Part shown: piece by piece, positions 28,814 to 39,201 of the stretch | Layout: each line of letters begins with the position of its first letter | Position numbering within the stretch: position 1 is the first letter of the stretch | IMG/VR virus record: IMGVR_UViG_2875455138_000005 | Location: 1 to 64,000 of that record | Strand: one strand, 5' to 3' | Length of the DNA stretch: 64,000 nt | Source: an uncultured virus (IMG/VR IMGVR_UViG_2875455138_000005) | Taxonomy: Duplodnaviria > Heunggongvirae > Uroviricota > Caudoviricetes | The notes under the pieces: model-generated | Seen by the model: only the letters and a program-made list of their open reading frames with translations | Told to the model about the DNA's origin: nothing | Database searches by the model: none | Translations under genes and position numbers: made by a program

Positions 28814-29872
28814 ATGGAAGCTCAAAAGAAAGCGTCAACACTAAGGGATTATTCAATATACAACAACATAAATAGGTGGTTTGATGAATTAGATTTAAGA
28901 AACAGGGATCGAGAAACTGGAGAAATTGAAAAGTCTAATACTAGAGCCACGTATGAGAGGCATATAAGAGAGTTTTTCAACCACTATGCTGCCAAGGATA
29001 TTGAATATTTAACTGAGAGTGACCTGGCGATTAAGAAGAGTGACCTGTATGATTATCGAACCCATTTGGCTAAAAATAAAAGTAACTCCAATTCAACAAT
29101 TAACAATAAGATTGCCGCACTGAAAAGTATGATTAAGTACCTTGAATCTGAACATGAGTGTGATTCATCTGTATTTAATTTTAGACCTCTTCCAACAGAA
29201 AAGAACCCAGCAGGGTCTTTTGAAGGAATATCGGAAGCTGATGAGTTTGCTGAGGCAGCTTATGTTACTGAGCGTCAGAACAGATTAATGAAAAAGATGT
29301 TTATTTTGTTTAGTGCACGTACTGGTGGGCGTAAATCAGAGGTGCTTAGAGTTGGGTGGGATGATATTACTTATTCAGAAAAGCACCAATGCTATCTCGT
29401 CACCTTTAAAAAAACTAAGCAAAAAAAGGCTAGGCCAGTTGGGATTTCCACTGCTTTTTATGAAGAGTTGTTGCTGTTAAAGCAAGAGTATGGGGAACAT
29501 GAGCTTTTATTTCATAAGTTAACAGTTGATTCAATACAGGATATGTGGAATCGCGTATGTAGAGTTATGGGCATTCCCAAAGAAAGAAAGATAACTCCGC
29601 ATAGTTTACGCAATACTGCAACAAACTTTTCTTACAGCGTTAATGGTGATATTAAAAAAGTGGCAGCGTTCTCTGGCCACAGTAATATCAATACTTTAAA
29701 TGACCATTATTTAGTCAATGAAAGGGATTATTCTCAAGATCCAGGGGTTTTGGTTGATCAAAAAGAAGACATGTCCTTTTTAGAAGATGTTACTTTAGAG
29801 CAATATAAAGAATTCTTTTTAAAATCAGACATGTATATACAGAATAAACTTAAAATGTTTTTGAACAAGTGA
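28814..29872 (+). CDS. yopP: Tyrosine recombinase-family protein
   Basis: TGGRKSEV (R), KTK (K), HSLR, SGH and DHY catalytic residues. Confidence 0.85.
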   Translation: MEAQKKASTLRDYSIYNNINRWFDELDLRNRDRETGEIEKSNTRATYERHIREFFNHYAAKDIEYLTESDLAIKKSDLYDYRTHLAKNKSNSNSTINNKIAALKSMIKYLESEHECDSSVFNFRPLPTEKNPAGSFEGISEADEFAEAAYVTERQNRLMKKMFILFSARTGGRKSEVLRVGWDDITYSEKHQCYLVTFKKTKQKKARPVGISTAFYEELLLLKQEYGEHELLFHKLTVDSIQDMWNRVCRVMGIPKERKITPHSLRNTATNFSYSVNGDIKKVAAFSGHSNINTLNDHYLVNERDYSQDPGVLVDQKEDMSFLEDVTLEQYKEFFLKSDMYIQNKLKMFLNK

Positions 29873-29948
29873 TACAAATAATCATATAAAAGCTTTACTT
29901 GCTTATGAAAATAATGATAAATTTAATATGATTATGTGAGGTGATAAT

Positions 29949-31293
29949 GTGTCTGAAGTTTTGTTGACAACGGATAAACTTTATAAGTTAAAAACTGAAA
30001 TAGAGGAAAATCTTAATGATATTAAAAATGATCCCAATATGGTGAAGGAATTAAAAGCCACAATGGCGGACAAATACAAGGCACTCCCTGGTTATATCCA
30101 AGAAATTTTAAATAATAATGATAACAACGTACAACGTTTAAACGAAAAAGAAGTGTACATTGTTTCAAAAGAGATGTATTCAATTCTTGGGGCGCAAGCT
30201 TTAGATCCGTCAAATTATTTTCCAACCAGATTGGCAAAAGAGCTTGAAGGTGGGAGAGTATTCGCCGGTGAAGAAGTAGTTAAGCTTCCATACAAGTTTA
30301 AAAATGTGATTAAAATTAAAGAGGATAACTATGTCACTTCCATTACTGCCAAAGAACTGAGTGAGTTATATAATAGCTCCATCCTGCAGTACAATTACAA
30401 CATTCAGCGTGAAGGAAAGTACATTAAGGGTAGCCTTATTCCTGTACCTAAAACAAACCCTAAATCAGTTGATGAGATCAAAGAATTGTTTATTAAAGGC
30501 GATTTAATTGTATCAATGTTAACTTTTAACGCTCGTCTTGGAACATCTGATGGTGATGAAGAAGTTGAATATGATCCAAGCGACCAATCCCTCACTGTAA
30601 CACGAGGAACCTTATTAGATGCTCTTGATGGATATCATCGAATTTCAGGTATTGTTAAGGCCATTGCTGAAGTCCCTGAATTAGATCAACCATTCATTTT
30701 AAATGTGCTCAATTACGATGAAGAAAAGGCTAAGGTTCACTTTGCTCAAATGAATACCATAAACCCAGTTGAAAAATCCAGAATTGAAGAATTGGGACAA
30801 AAACGGTATTCTTCAACCGTTGTCGAGCAGCTGAAATTTAAAAGTGAACTTAAAAATAAGCCCACAAAGTGAAATTGGTATCGATAGCAATTTTCTTGTG
30901 ACATATTATACTTTATCAGAAGCTATAGACGATGCATTTGAGTTGAAATCTCGAAAAGATGCGTTGAAAATTGCGAAATACCTGGTAGACTTTTTCGATA
31001 ACCTTTTTTATGCCTTCCCAGATGAATTTCTTGAAGATGATTTATCGTCCATTAGAAAGCAATCATACATTAATCATAACGTAATGTTTTACGGTTATGT
31101 TTATTTGGCCAAGAAGATGAAGGAAAACAATGTAGAACTAAACAAGCTTGAAAATATCCTTAATACGATTGACTTTAGTAAAAGCGGAAGAGTGTTTGAA
31201 GAATTAGGAAGACAAAATAATGAAAATCAACTAAAGAATGTTATGAAGAAGAAACTTAAGCGAATATTTTATGATGAAATTGCTGTTGTTTAA
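29949..31293 (+). pseudogene. yopQ: yopQ-like (ParB/DndB-like domain) gene split by a frameshift near 30857
   Basis: DALDGYHR motif; two overlapping ORFs (29949-30872 and 30844-31293) together give about 450-460 aa; ...ELKNK|ISPQSE junction. Confidence 0.75.
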
Positions 31294-31313
31294 AGCCTAA
31301 AGGAGAATTTAAT

Positions 31314-32297
31314 ATGAGTGAAATGTATAATGCTGAATTGAAGGAAAAGTTTTTAGAGAAATACGAAAGTGAAGCAACAAGAAACCATTATTGGCTAAGG
31401 CTAAGGGATTTCTCAGCTACAGAAAAAATACTTCAAAAAGACATATTTAATTTTTCTTTGGAAGAGCTGCGTACGTTATTTTTAGATTTAGATAGCAAAT
31501 CTATAGATTCACTAAGAGGAGCAAGAGCTGTAATTGGACAATACACAACCTGGGCAATGGAAAATGGCTTGGCAAACAGTAACATCAACAAAGTGTATCA
31601 GATACAGGATGGGGACTTAAAGCAGTTTATAGATAAAAACAAAAAAACACTATTCACCAATAAAGAAGTAGAAGAATATGTTGATTTTATGGTTAATGAT
31701 CAGGATAAAGCGATGATACAGGCTATTTATGAAGGCATAGATGGTTATCAGCATTCAGAGTTACTGAATTTAACAGGTGACGATTTACTTGATGATAACA
31801 AGGTAAAGCTTGTAGATGATAAACACGGTGTAAGAATAATTACTGTAAGCGACAAATGTTATGAGTTGCTTAAGCGCGCTAATGATCAAACAACATATCA
31901 TCTTAGCAATGGTTCGCCAGAGAGTGGACTTAAAAACAAATTTGCTACATTAGTTAAAAGCGAAAATATTTTTAGGTTAAAATATAAGAGTTCTAATCAG
32001 AGTATGAAAGCTGACAAATTTTTAATTCACCGTTCTTTTAGTCAGTTTCAAAAATTTTTAGAAGAACCCTTCTTTTCACCTAAGAATCTTATCAACTCAG
32101 GAAAGCTCAACATGGCGTATGAGATATACAAAGAGAAGGGTGAATTAAAAGTACCTGATTATAAGAAAATAACTCGACAATATGGATTCCTGAATGAAGA
32201 CGCGGAGTTTAATTCACAATCACTGAGGAAAGTAGTGAATATGGAGAACTTAGAAAAATATTGTATCAAGTCTGAAGTAATTGAGACTAATTCTTAA
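31314..32297 (+). CDS. yopR: Master repressor MrpR/SroF (recombinase fold)
   Basis: [11 protein letters not shown]..., [18 protein letters not shown]; 327 aa; synteny. Confidence 0.88.
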   Translation: MSEMYNAELKEKFLEKYESEATRNHYWLRLRDFSATEKILQKDIFNFSLEELRTLFLDLDSKSIDSLRGARAVIGQYTTWAMENGLANSNINKVYQIQDGDLKQFIDKNKKTLFTNKEVEEYVDFMVNDQDKAMIQAIYEGIDGYQHSELLNLTGDDLLDDNKVKLVDDKHGVRIITVSDKCYELLKRANDQTTYHLSNGSPESGLKNKFATLVKSENIFRLKYKSSNQSMKADKFLIHRSFSQFQKFLEEPFFSPKNLINSGKLNMAYEIYKEKGELKVPDYKKITRQYGFLNEDAEFNSQSLRKVVNMENLEKYCIKSEVIETNS

Positions 32298-32517
32298 TCC
32301 CTGTTACAGGGATTAACTTTACATAACTTTTAGAGTAAAAATAAAAACAATGTGAATTAACTCGTGATATTTTTAAAAAAATATCAGGATTTTGTTCATA
32401 TTTTTCAGAATTCGACAAAGTTAGACAGAGACAAATTTGTACATATGCAGTAAAATAGTTCTATACACTAAAAAGGGTACAAGGAGGTTCGCTAGGTCAA
32501 ACTCCCTAGCGATTAAG

Positions 32518-32739
32518 TCAATGTTTGATTTTCCATTCATAGAGGTCTTCAATCGAACAGTTTAGGGCAATTGCAATGATTCTCGCTGTTTTTATATTCA
32601 TAGAAGGTCTAACGCCATTAGCGTAATCACTTAACCTTTGCTTACTGATGCCTGTTAGGTTCGAAAGTTGCCCTAGGGACATTCCTCTACGTTCAAGGAG
32701 AATGGATATCAAACATTGTCCGATTTCAACCTCAAGCAT
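32518..32739 (-). CDS. yopS: Xre HTH regulator
   Basis: LSNLTGISKQRLSDYANG...IAIALNCSIEDLY; GGAGG RBS. Confidence 0.75.
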   Translation of the reverse strand: MLEVEIGQCLISILLERRGMSLGQLSNLTGISKQRLSDYANGVRPSMNIKTARIIAIALNCSIEDLYEWKIKH

Positions 32740-32862
32740 CGGACAACCTCCTGATATAGTATTGCTTATCATACTATATCAATTCTTTCCAAGTTTTTAA
32801 ATGAAAGAAAAAAGATTTGCCACTAACTAGGTAAAAGGTTATAATTAAGTCAACAAAAAAGG

Positions 32863-32874
32863 GAACGTAGGTTC
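32863..32874. promoter_or_regulatory. LexA/DinR (SOS) box
   Basis: GAAC-GTAG-GTTC just downstream of TTGCCA...TATAAT. Confidence 0.65.
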
Positions 32875-32904
32875 GGTTAATTACTACCAGAGAGAGGGAA
32901 ACGT

Positions 32905-33204
32905 ATGTCAGAAAAGGATTATTTCATTCAAGGGGAGCTGTGCATACCTTTTTTCGGCAGAATAAAAGCCAAGAATGAAGAGGAAGCACTTTTGTTCGCA
33001 TATCAATCAATTAAAAAGAAATTGAGAAATAAAACAGGAAAAATGGGGTTTCTTCAAAAAGATCATGAAAAATATGAGGCACTATTTGATGTAGATATTA
33101 TGTGTACAGAGGATGCTGAATTAACAACCTCTTATGCCGAAGAAATAGACGATTCGTTTGAAAATGAGGATTATAAATCTTCACAATTGTTATCATCGAA
33201 GTAA
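32905..33204 (+). CDS. Hypothetical protein
   Basis: ORF with RBS. Confidence 0.65.
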   Translation: MSEKDYFIQGELCIPFFGRIKAKNEEEALLFAYQSIKKKLRNKTGKMGFLQKDHEKYEALFDVDIMCTEDAELTTSYAEEIDDSFENEDYKSSQLLSSK

Positions 33205-33278
33205 AAATACATACACATCTTGTCAGTCATCATGAGACATAAAAAATTGGTGACTTTTTAGTCAGACTGGAGCATACA

Positions 33279-33524
33279 ATGGATTTTAATCTTGAAATTG
33301 ACTTGAAAGACATTATGAGATCAGTTTCCATGAGTGTTGGTTCTAAGAACATCCAAAGTGGAGAGTACTACATAGACATTATTTTTAAAAACAATGGGGA
33401 TTGTTTGAGGATTAGAATGGATCATGCTTCAGTTTTAGAATTTAGAGACAAAATAAATGAAACTCTTTGGAAACTAGACGGCATGAAGACGTTTATGAAG
33501 ACAGCAGCTTTACAGTATGAGTAA
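33279..33524 (+). CDS. Hypothetical protein
   Basis: ORF with GGAG RBS. Confidence 0.6.
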   Translation: MDFNLEIDLKDIMRSVSMSVGSKNIQSGEYYIDIIFKNNGDCLRIRMDHASVLEFRDKINETLWKLDGMKTFMKTAALQYE

Positions 33525-33632
33525 AGCTGATTTTTTTGAAATTTTTAAGAGTAAAAATAAAATAATTGTTTACAACATTTGGTTGGGGTTATATAATCGA
33601 ATTAGAATAAGGAAAGGAGATAGCTTTAATTA

Positions 33633-33857
33633 TTGATTAATGAACAAATTAACGATCAAATAAGAACTATGGTTTTAAGGAAATATGAAAAGCTCTTAGC
33701 ATCATGCGAAAGATCTTTGCGCAGCATAGAGAATAATGAAATCAGAATGGCAATAGGAGACCTGGACTTTGTTAAAGACAATTTAGAGGAAATACAATAC
33801 ATACTTCGTGATGTTGTGAATCAGCATGAATATATTAAGGATAAAAATAAAATGTAA
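33633..33857 (+). CDS. Hypothetical protein
   Basis: AAGGAG RBS; upstream TTTACA...TATAAT promoter. Confidence 0.6.
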   Translation: MINEQINDQIRTMVLRKYEKLLASCERSLRSIENNEIRMAIGDLDFVKDNLEEIQYILRDVVNQHEYIKDKNKM

Positions 33858-33889
33858 GTTTTATAGAGATTAAGATAAGGGGGAATAAC

Positions 33890-34171
33890 ATGGGTGCATT
33901 AATCGCTAAGCAACCGAATGGACGGTACTGCCGATTTAGTTCAGTGGTAGACTGCCCAACGCACATAAATATGACGCGTGAAGACTATTTAAATAATTTT
34001 ACTGGGACAACAAAAGGAAGGGAAGATGCTGAAGATACACTTGCAAATTATCTCCGGCCGTTTCACGAAGTTATAAAGTGGTACACACCGCTGAACATGA
34101 GCGAAAAAGAGTTTGTGGAGGCGTTAAAAGAAATGTGTGACGAAAACCCAAAGGAGGCGCGGGAATTGTGA
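33890..34171 (+). CDS. Hypothetical phage protein
   Basis: MGALIAKQPNGRYCRFSSVVDCPTH; RBS. Confidence 0.7.
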   Translation: MGALIAKQPNGRYCRFSSVVDCPTHINMTREDYLNNFTGTTKGREDAEDTLANYLRPFHEVIKWYTPLNMSEKEFVEALKEMCDENPKEAREL

Positions 34172-34365
34172 AAGTGAAGCGTATTGAATATAAGCTGTGG
34201 TACGAAGTTAGGTTCGGATGGACGCATTTCAGTTTCGGCGCTAATGATGATAAATCTGCATTGAAATATGCAGAGGAATACGCAAAAAATAACTACCTCA
34301 TAAATTATAAAGTGGAAAAAATAACGAATGAGAGATTGTTTTGGACTGAGGAGGGTGCGGAGTGA
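34168..34365 (+). CDS. Hypothetical protein
   Basis: Translationally coupled ORF. Confidence 0.6.
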   Translation: MKVKRIEYKLWYEVRFGWTHFSFGANDDKSALKYAEEYAKNNYLINYKVEKITNERLFWTEEGAE

Positions 34366-34559
34366 TTAGAGCAACAGAAAAACAGTTGAGACTGATCGGA
34401 CGCATGGAGCAATACATTAGTGCAAGATTCACCGGTAATACAATTAGAGAAGCAAGTGAGTTTATTACTAATCATATGGATGAATACCAAGAAGAGAGAG
34501 AAATGGCCGATGAATCAAAAGTTTTATATGATGATATTTTCTATGAAGAAGGTTGGTAA
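34362..34559 (+). CDS. Hypothetical protein
   Basis: ATEKQ...TIREASEFI small-domain pattern; coupled ORF. Confidence 0.6.
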   Translation: MIRATEKQLRLIGRMEQYISARFTGNTIREASEFITNHMDEYQEEREMADESKVLYDDIFYEEGW

Positions 34560-34627
34560 CCTTGCCGAGAAGTATTGAGATCTATATAAAAGATGCATTT
34601 TAAATAGAAAATAAGGCGGTTTAATAA

Positions 34628-35257
34628 TTGAAGTTAGTCGAGACTACATTAAGAAATCGAATTAGAGAGATATTAAGTGAAAAGGGATTAACTATACATG
34701 ATCTGTCATCTTTGACCGGTATCAACGTGCAAAAATTAAGTTGTTATGCTTCTGGTGTCAAATGTTCTATGAGCATTCAAACTGCATTACAAATAAGTAG
34801 AGGGCTGGGTCTATCAGTAGAAGAAATCTTTTACGAAGAAATAATTTATCACCGGGAACTTATGAAGGGAGAACTTTCATCATACATGAAGACGGAAGAG
34901 GATAAGCAATACATTATACAAAATAATTACACAACAAACATACAGTACATGCATAATTCTCATTTACATCAAGGCAACAATTATAATGCTAGTGATTTAA
35001 AAGAATCGTTAGCCAACCTTATATATTTATTTAAAAAGGAGTACGAAACTTTAAATTTGAAATTTGATCAAGCTGCTTTATCTTCGGATGCCATTAAAGG
35101 GATTGAAAAAGAGATAGGCAATGAGTCGCCTGATAGGAGTAAACTCATTAAGTTTTTAAAAATCTTAAAGGATGTAATAAAGGGAGCGGCATCCACAGTT
35201 ATTGGGGGACAAATTAATACATTAATAAAATCTATAACAGAACAGGGTATGGGGTGA
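34628..35257 (+). CDS. HTH protein with N/Q-rich linker and helical C-terminal domain
   Basis: N-terminal Xre HTH; QNNYTTNIQYMHNSHLHQGNNYN linker. Confidence 0.7.
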   Translation: MKLVETTLRNRIREILSEKGLTIHDLSSLTGINVQKLSCYASGVKCSMSIQTALQISRGLGLSVEEIFYEEIIYHRELMKGELSSYMKTEEDKQYIIQNNYTTNIQYMHNSHLHQGNNYNASDLKESLANLIYLFKKEYETLNLKFDQAALSSDAIKGIEKEIGNESPDRSKLIKFLKILKDVIKGAASTVIGGQINTLIKSITEQGMG

Positions 35258-35263
35258 ATTGAT

Positions 35264-35953
35264 ATGGGAATGTTTGATACCTTTAATGGTCAAATTAAAT
35301 GTCCTAATTGCGCTGCAATACACAACACAGAGGTTCAGTTTAAATGGAGTGAATGCTTACTATTAGACTATGAGTTGGGGGATGTTGTTTCAGGAGCACC
35401 AGAAGGTTTATATGTCGAAGATGATTGGTTTAATGAGAGGTGCTCAAATTGCAAATTAGAATATATGCCGAATGTGGTTTTGAAAAACGGGAAGGTTATT
35501 TCATTTATTAGCAAAGAGGAGCTTCAAAGAGCAGACATAGCTCAATTAAAAGATATCCCATTAAAACATGCTAAGACACAAAGGTATGAAAGAGATAAAA
35601 TCGTCGCCAAGGGTTTTACTAAAGAGTCTGCCGATTTTAATAAGCAACCATTTAAGGATAAGCAGGTTATAACGGCCTTTGAGCGTAAATGGAAAGTTGT
35701 AAAAGGCTGGAGAAAGGATTTTAATCCAGAAAAAGCCAGTGAATTTTTCAAACTAACCGGTTGTGCAACAAGGAAATCTGATTACTGGTTCGTTTATATA
35801 GTTGTAGATGCTACAGGATTGAAACGCTTTGTTGAAGTATCCGACAGAATAAAACATTGGTCAGACAATGATGACAGGTACGGTAATATGCTATTCAGTG
35901 AAACCTATGGATTTAAAGATCAACACTTTATATTTAGCGAAATCTTCTTATAG
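35264..35953 (+). CDS. Hypothetical Zn-binding protein
   Basis: MGMFD...CPNC...VQFK...CSNC. Confidence 0.7.
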   Translation: MGMFDTFNGQIKCPNCAAIHNTEVQFKWSECLLLDYELGDVVSGAPEGLYVEDDWFNERCSNCKLEYMPNVVLKNGKVISFISKEELQRADIAQLKDIPLKHAKTQRYERDKIVAKGFTKESADFNKQPFKDKQVITAFERKWKVVKGWRKDFNPEKASEFFKLTGCATRKSDYWFVYIVVDATGLKRFVEVSDRIKHWSDNDDRYGNMLFSETYGFKDQHFIFSEIFL

Positions 35954-36045
35954 GGGTTGGGAAGACTTAAAAGTTGTATTGGCAGCGGGAGAACATAGGG
36001 AATTGGATTAAAAGTAAAACTTTATTTAGATATTAAGGAGTAAAC

Positions 36046-36816
36046 ATGACGAGATGCACATTTGTTAACGATGGGTTATTCGGTCAACTTTATGAAAATG
36101 AAGTCAATATGACTGAATTAGATATAATAACATACATCACAATTCAATTAGTGGCAGTAAACAGAAATTTCAAGAGCAGGCAAAAGTTATCGGAGTTTAT
36201 AGGGTGTAGCAACAAACAACTTAAAGTAGTGTTGGATAGGCTTAAAAATTTAAAAGGGACATGTAACAGTTACTGTCCAAAGTATGGAGACGAGGTAAAG
36301 TTAAATGAAAAAGGACGTGGAGTTTCTAAGAGCTTAGTTACTGAAAATAAAGAAATTGTTTATGATGTCATATCAAAAAGAAATCGTAAATTAATATCCT
36401 TTCGCCCCAACTACATGCCAAACTATAGATATGACGAAGGGTTATTAAAACCACTGGAATTTTTTATTGTTACTTCAGATGATATGTATCTCCTTAAGAA
36501 TGGTTTATTGACAAGATCTGAATTTGTTACATATTTGTTTATTCTTAAATCATATCAATATGATAAAGAGTTAAATGATCAAACTTTTTTAAGTTACACT
36601 GACATAGCAATGAAAACACGAAGAAAACTCACCCAAACTACACATAGCCACATAGAAAAACTGACCAGGCTTAAAATTGACGGTATACCAATCCTTAAAA
36701 AATTTGAAGCAGATAGCCATGAACTCTCCGATAGAGGGTTGGAACCTATTTCAAGATTTGTGCCTGTATTTAATTTAGAAAAATTTAAAGAAAGTAGATG
36801 GAAAAATGAAATTTGA
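36046..36816 (+). CDS. Hypothetical DNA-binding protein with two wHTH-like segments
   Basis: SRQKLSEFIGCSNKQLKVVLDRL and SYTDIAMKTRR...HSHIEKL. Confidence 0.55.
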   Translation: MTRCTFVNDGLFGQLYENEVNMTELDIITYITIQLVAVNRNFKSRQKLSEFIGCSNKQLKVVLDRLKNLKGTCNSYCPKYGDEVKLNEKGRGVSKSLVTENKEIVYDVISKRNRKLISFRPNYMPNYRYDEGLLKPLEFFIVTSDDMYLLKNGLLTRSEFVTYLFILKSYQYDKELNDQTFLSYTDIAMKTRRKLTQTTHSHIEKLTRLKIDGIPILKKFEADSHELSDRGLEPISRFVPVFNLEKFKESRWKNEI

Positions 36817-37003
36817 ACCAATGGATAAAGTTAAATTTAAAACAGCTAGTCATTTCAACAAACTTCGAACCTTAAAAAAAAGAGTTCCTGAATTAGATGA
36901 TCCTTTACTCGGCGAATGCTGGGAATTTGAAAAAGATGGGTTAAAACAATTTGATTGGGAGGAGAACTACGAATTTGTCGCTAGACCCAAACATTTTAAT
37001 TAG
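36806..37003 (+). CDS. Hypothetical protein
   Basis: ORF overlapping the upstream stop. Confidence 0.55.
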   Translation: MKFEPMDKVKFKTASHFNKLRTLKKRVPELDDPLLGECWEFEKDGLKQFDWEENYEFVARPKHFN

Positions 37004-37133
37004 GATTAAAAAAAGAATCTAATTGAAGTTTTAAAGAAAAGAATGACTTCGGAGTCGGCAGACGCTATATTAAAATTAAGTGATTAAGGGGTAATAAACA
37101 CAAAACTTTTGAAGTTTAGCAGGGGGCATAGCG

Positions 37134-37331
37134 ATGAAGATTAGACAAAGATATGAATGTGGGGCTGATAAAATTGCTATTCAGTATTCCATTGATGAAA
37201 AAGGGATGATTACCAGCCTTAAAGAAGTGAATTGGGACTCAAGCACAGAAGCGGGCGAGCTCTTACTTCCGAGAATTGAAGTTACTGATAACTGCTTTAA
37301 TAAGATAATTAACAATCCCAAAATGGTTTAA
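37134..37331 (+). CDS. Hypothetical protein
   Basis: AGGGGG RBS. Confidence 0.55.
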   Translation: MKIRQRYECGADKIAIQYSIDEKGMITSLKEVNWDSSTEAGELLLPRIEVTDNCFNKIINNPKMV

Positions 37332-37376
37332 GACGATAAAAAGTAAAATTTCATTCATTTGAAATAACGGAGGGAA

Positions 37377-37721
37377 ATGAAGGTGACGGAATCACAATTA
37401 AAGGAAGAAAATGAAAATTTAAAAAGGCAAGTGGATCATATGAAAGAGGTCTATAAAGAAAATATGTCTCTTCACATGGCAGTAAGACAGGGCGAACAGC
37501 TAAAGGCCAACCTACAAGCTTATTTACGACAAGATGACCGAGTATATAGTCCTCATTTCATTACACCAAAACAAAAACAATATATTGTGACTCTGTTCAA
37601 AAAACATGGCTTGTCTCCACTCAGTAAAGCAAAACGAAAAATAGTTAGGCGGTTTAATGGGGGCGGTCTGATTTCAGAGCACGAAGCACACCAAGTTATA
37701 CAAATGTATGAAAGAAAGTAA
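37377..37721 (+). CDS. Hypothetical protein
   Basis: GGAGGG RBS; coiled-coil N-terminus. Confidence 0.6.
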   Translation: MKVTESQLKEENENLKRQVDHMKEVYKENMSLHMAVRQGEQLKANLQAYLRQDDRVYSPHFITPKQKQYIVTLFKKHGLSPLSKAKRKIVRRFNGGGLISEHEAHQVIQMYERK

Positions 37722-37876
37722 TAGTGAATCTTGGTTTGGCTGTTTCAATTGTAAATAAGAAGGAAAGAAATTATTAATTGAGCCTACAGAATCACAATAA
37801 AAAGACTGTTTTAAAGAAAGGGTGAGAACCGATAGTCAATTTCAAAAAACTTAGTGATCCTGAATATATTAAGCAG

Positions 37877-38503
37877 ATGGGAATTGAGAGAAATGAACGT
37901 GAGCGGATATATCAAGAAAAGGAGACTTTAAGAAAGAAAACGGTGTGCTTCACTGGTCATAGGCCGAACAAATTGGGTGGATATGATATGAAAAATCCAA
38001 CAATGCTTAAACTCAAAGAAAAGCTGCTTGAAGTAATTGAAGAATTAATCACTAAGGAAAACAAGTCCAGGTTCATAACTGGTGGAGCATTAGGAACTGA
38101 TCAGGCTGCTTGTTGGTGTGTACATATTCTAAAGAAGAAATACCCACATATTAAAAACATAATTGCTACACCTTTCAAAGAACAAGATAAAGTGTGGTCT
38201 GAAGAACAAAAAATGTGGTACAAACGTATGCTTGATGTGGCAGATGAGATTACCAATGTTGAAGAATTAGGTAAATATAAAGTTAGTGGAGCTGTATCAG
38301 GGGAATTTTCATCGGCTAAAATGCAAAAACGAAATGAATACATGATTGATCACAGTGAAGCAATAGTAGCTGTCTATGATGGAAGTAAAAGTGGGACAAG
38401 GAACTGTCTGAATTACGCTAGGAAAACATACTTAGGACATCAAATTTGGAGGCTACATCCGAAATGTGATTTTGAATTGGATATAAGCTATACGCCTGGA
38501 TGA
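37877..38503 (+). CDS. yoqJ: SLOG/YpsA (DUF1273)-like protein
   Basis: CFTGHRP, FITGGALGTD, KMQKRNEYMID, GTRNCLNYA motifs. Confidence 0.8.
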   Translation: MGIERNERERIYQEKETLRKKTVCFTGHRPNKLGGYDMKNPTMLKLKEKLLEVIEELITKENKSRFITGGALGTDQAACWCVHILKKKYPHIKNIIATPFKEQDKVWSEEQKMWYKRMLDVADEITNVEELGKYKVSGAVSGEFSSAKMQKRNEYMIDHSEAIVAVYDGSKSGTRNCLNYARKTYLGHQIWRLHPKCDFELDISYTPG

Positions 38504-38518
38504 GGAGGAACATATAAC

Positions 38519-38782
38519 ATGAAGGAATTTAAAATTGTGAATTTAGATGGAGTTAATTGGGGATCGCATAATGATGAAACTTTAGATTTCAAAGAATTGA
38601 TTACAGGAGGAACGATTGCAGTAGGCGACGTTGTTAAAGTTGAAGGACTAGGCGATTGCCCACTTCCTCTAAGGGAGAACCAATTTTGCATAACATTTAA
38701 CAAAGAAAATGAATTGTTTCTTGAAGAACCATTCACTTTAGAAGAATGCAAATCATTGTTTGGTGCAGAATTTAAATATTGA
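38519..38782 (+). CDS. Hypothetical protein
   Basis: GAGGAGG RBS. Confidence 0.6.
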   Translation: MKEFKIVNLDGVNWGSHNDETLDFKELITGGTIAVGDVVKVEGLGDCPLPLRENQFCITFNKENELFLEEPFTLEECKSLFGAEFKY

Positions 38783-38957
38783 ATTAAAAGGATTATTTCA
38801 TTGTAAGGAGGAAGGCACATAGGTTATTTAAAGCACATAATTGATACAGCCTGGTTTAATTTAGTTTGGTTTAGATGGCACCTTGGAGCGGACATAAGCG
38901 TATTTGACGGCTGCGGATGGAATACATATAGATATTTGAAGAATAAAAATAAAATAA

Positions 38958-39188
38958 GTGGAGGTTACAAGGGTGATCAAGAGGAATCTGCTTAGCAACC
39001 ACGTTGATGAGATTATTGGTGAATATTACGCTGCTAAAGGATATTCAGTCCATAGCATTGAACACCAGGAAAATGGACAACTGATTGTTGTTACGGAACG
39101 AGTAGCTGAGGAGAAGGAACAGGCAAAGGTTGATATTGCCTTTGATTTTGTACATAGAAGACCACATAAGAAGAAGTATTTAGCTTAA
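38958..39188 (+). CDS. Hypothetical protein (YoqK-like)
   Basis: IKRNLLSNHVDEIIGEYYAAKGY; synteny. Confidence 0.6.
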   Translation: MEVTRVIKRNLLSNHVDEIIGEYYAAKGYSVHSIEHQENGQLIVVTERVAEEKEQAKVDIAFDFVHRRPHKKKYLA

Positions 39189-39201
39189 AAAAGGCAAAGA
39201 G

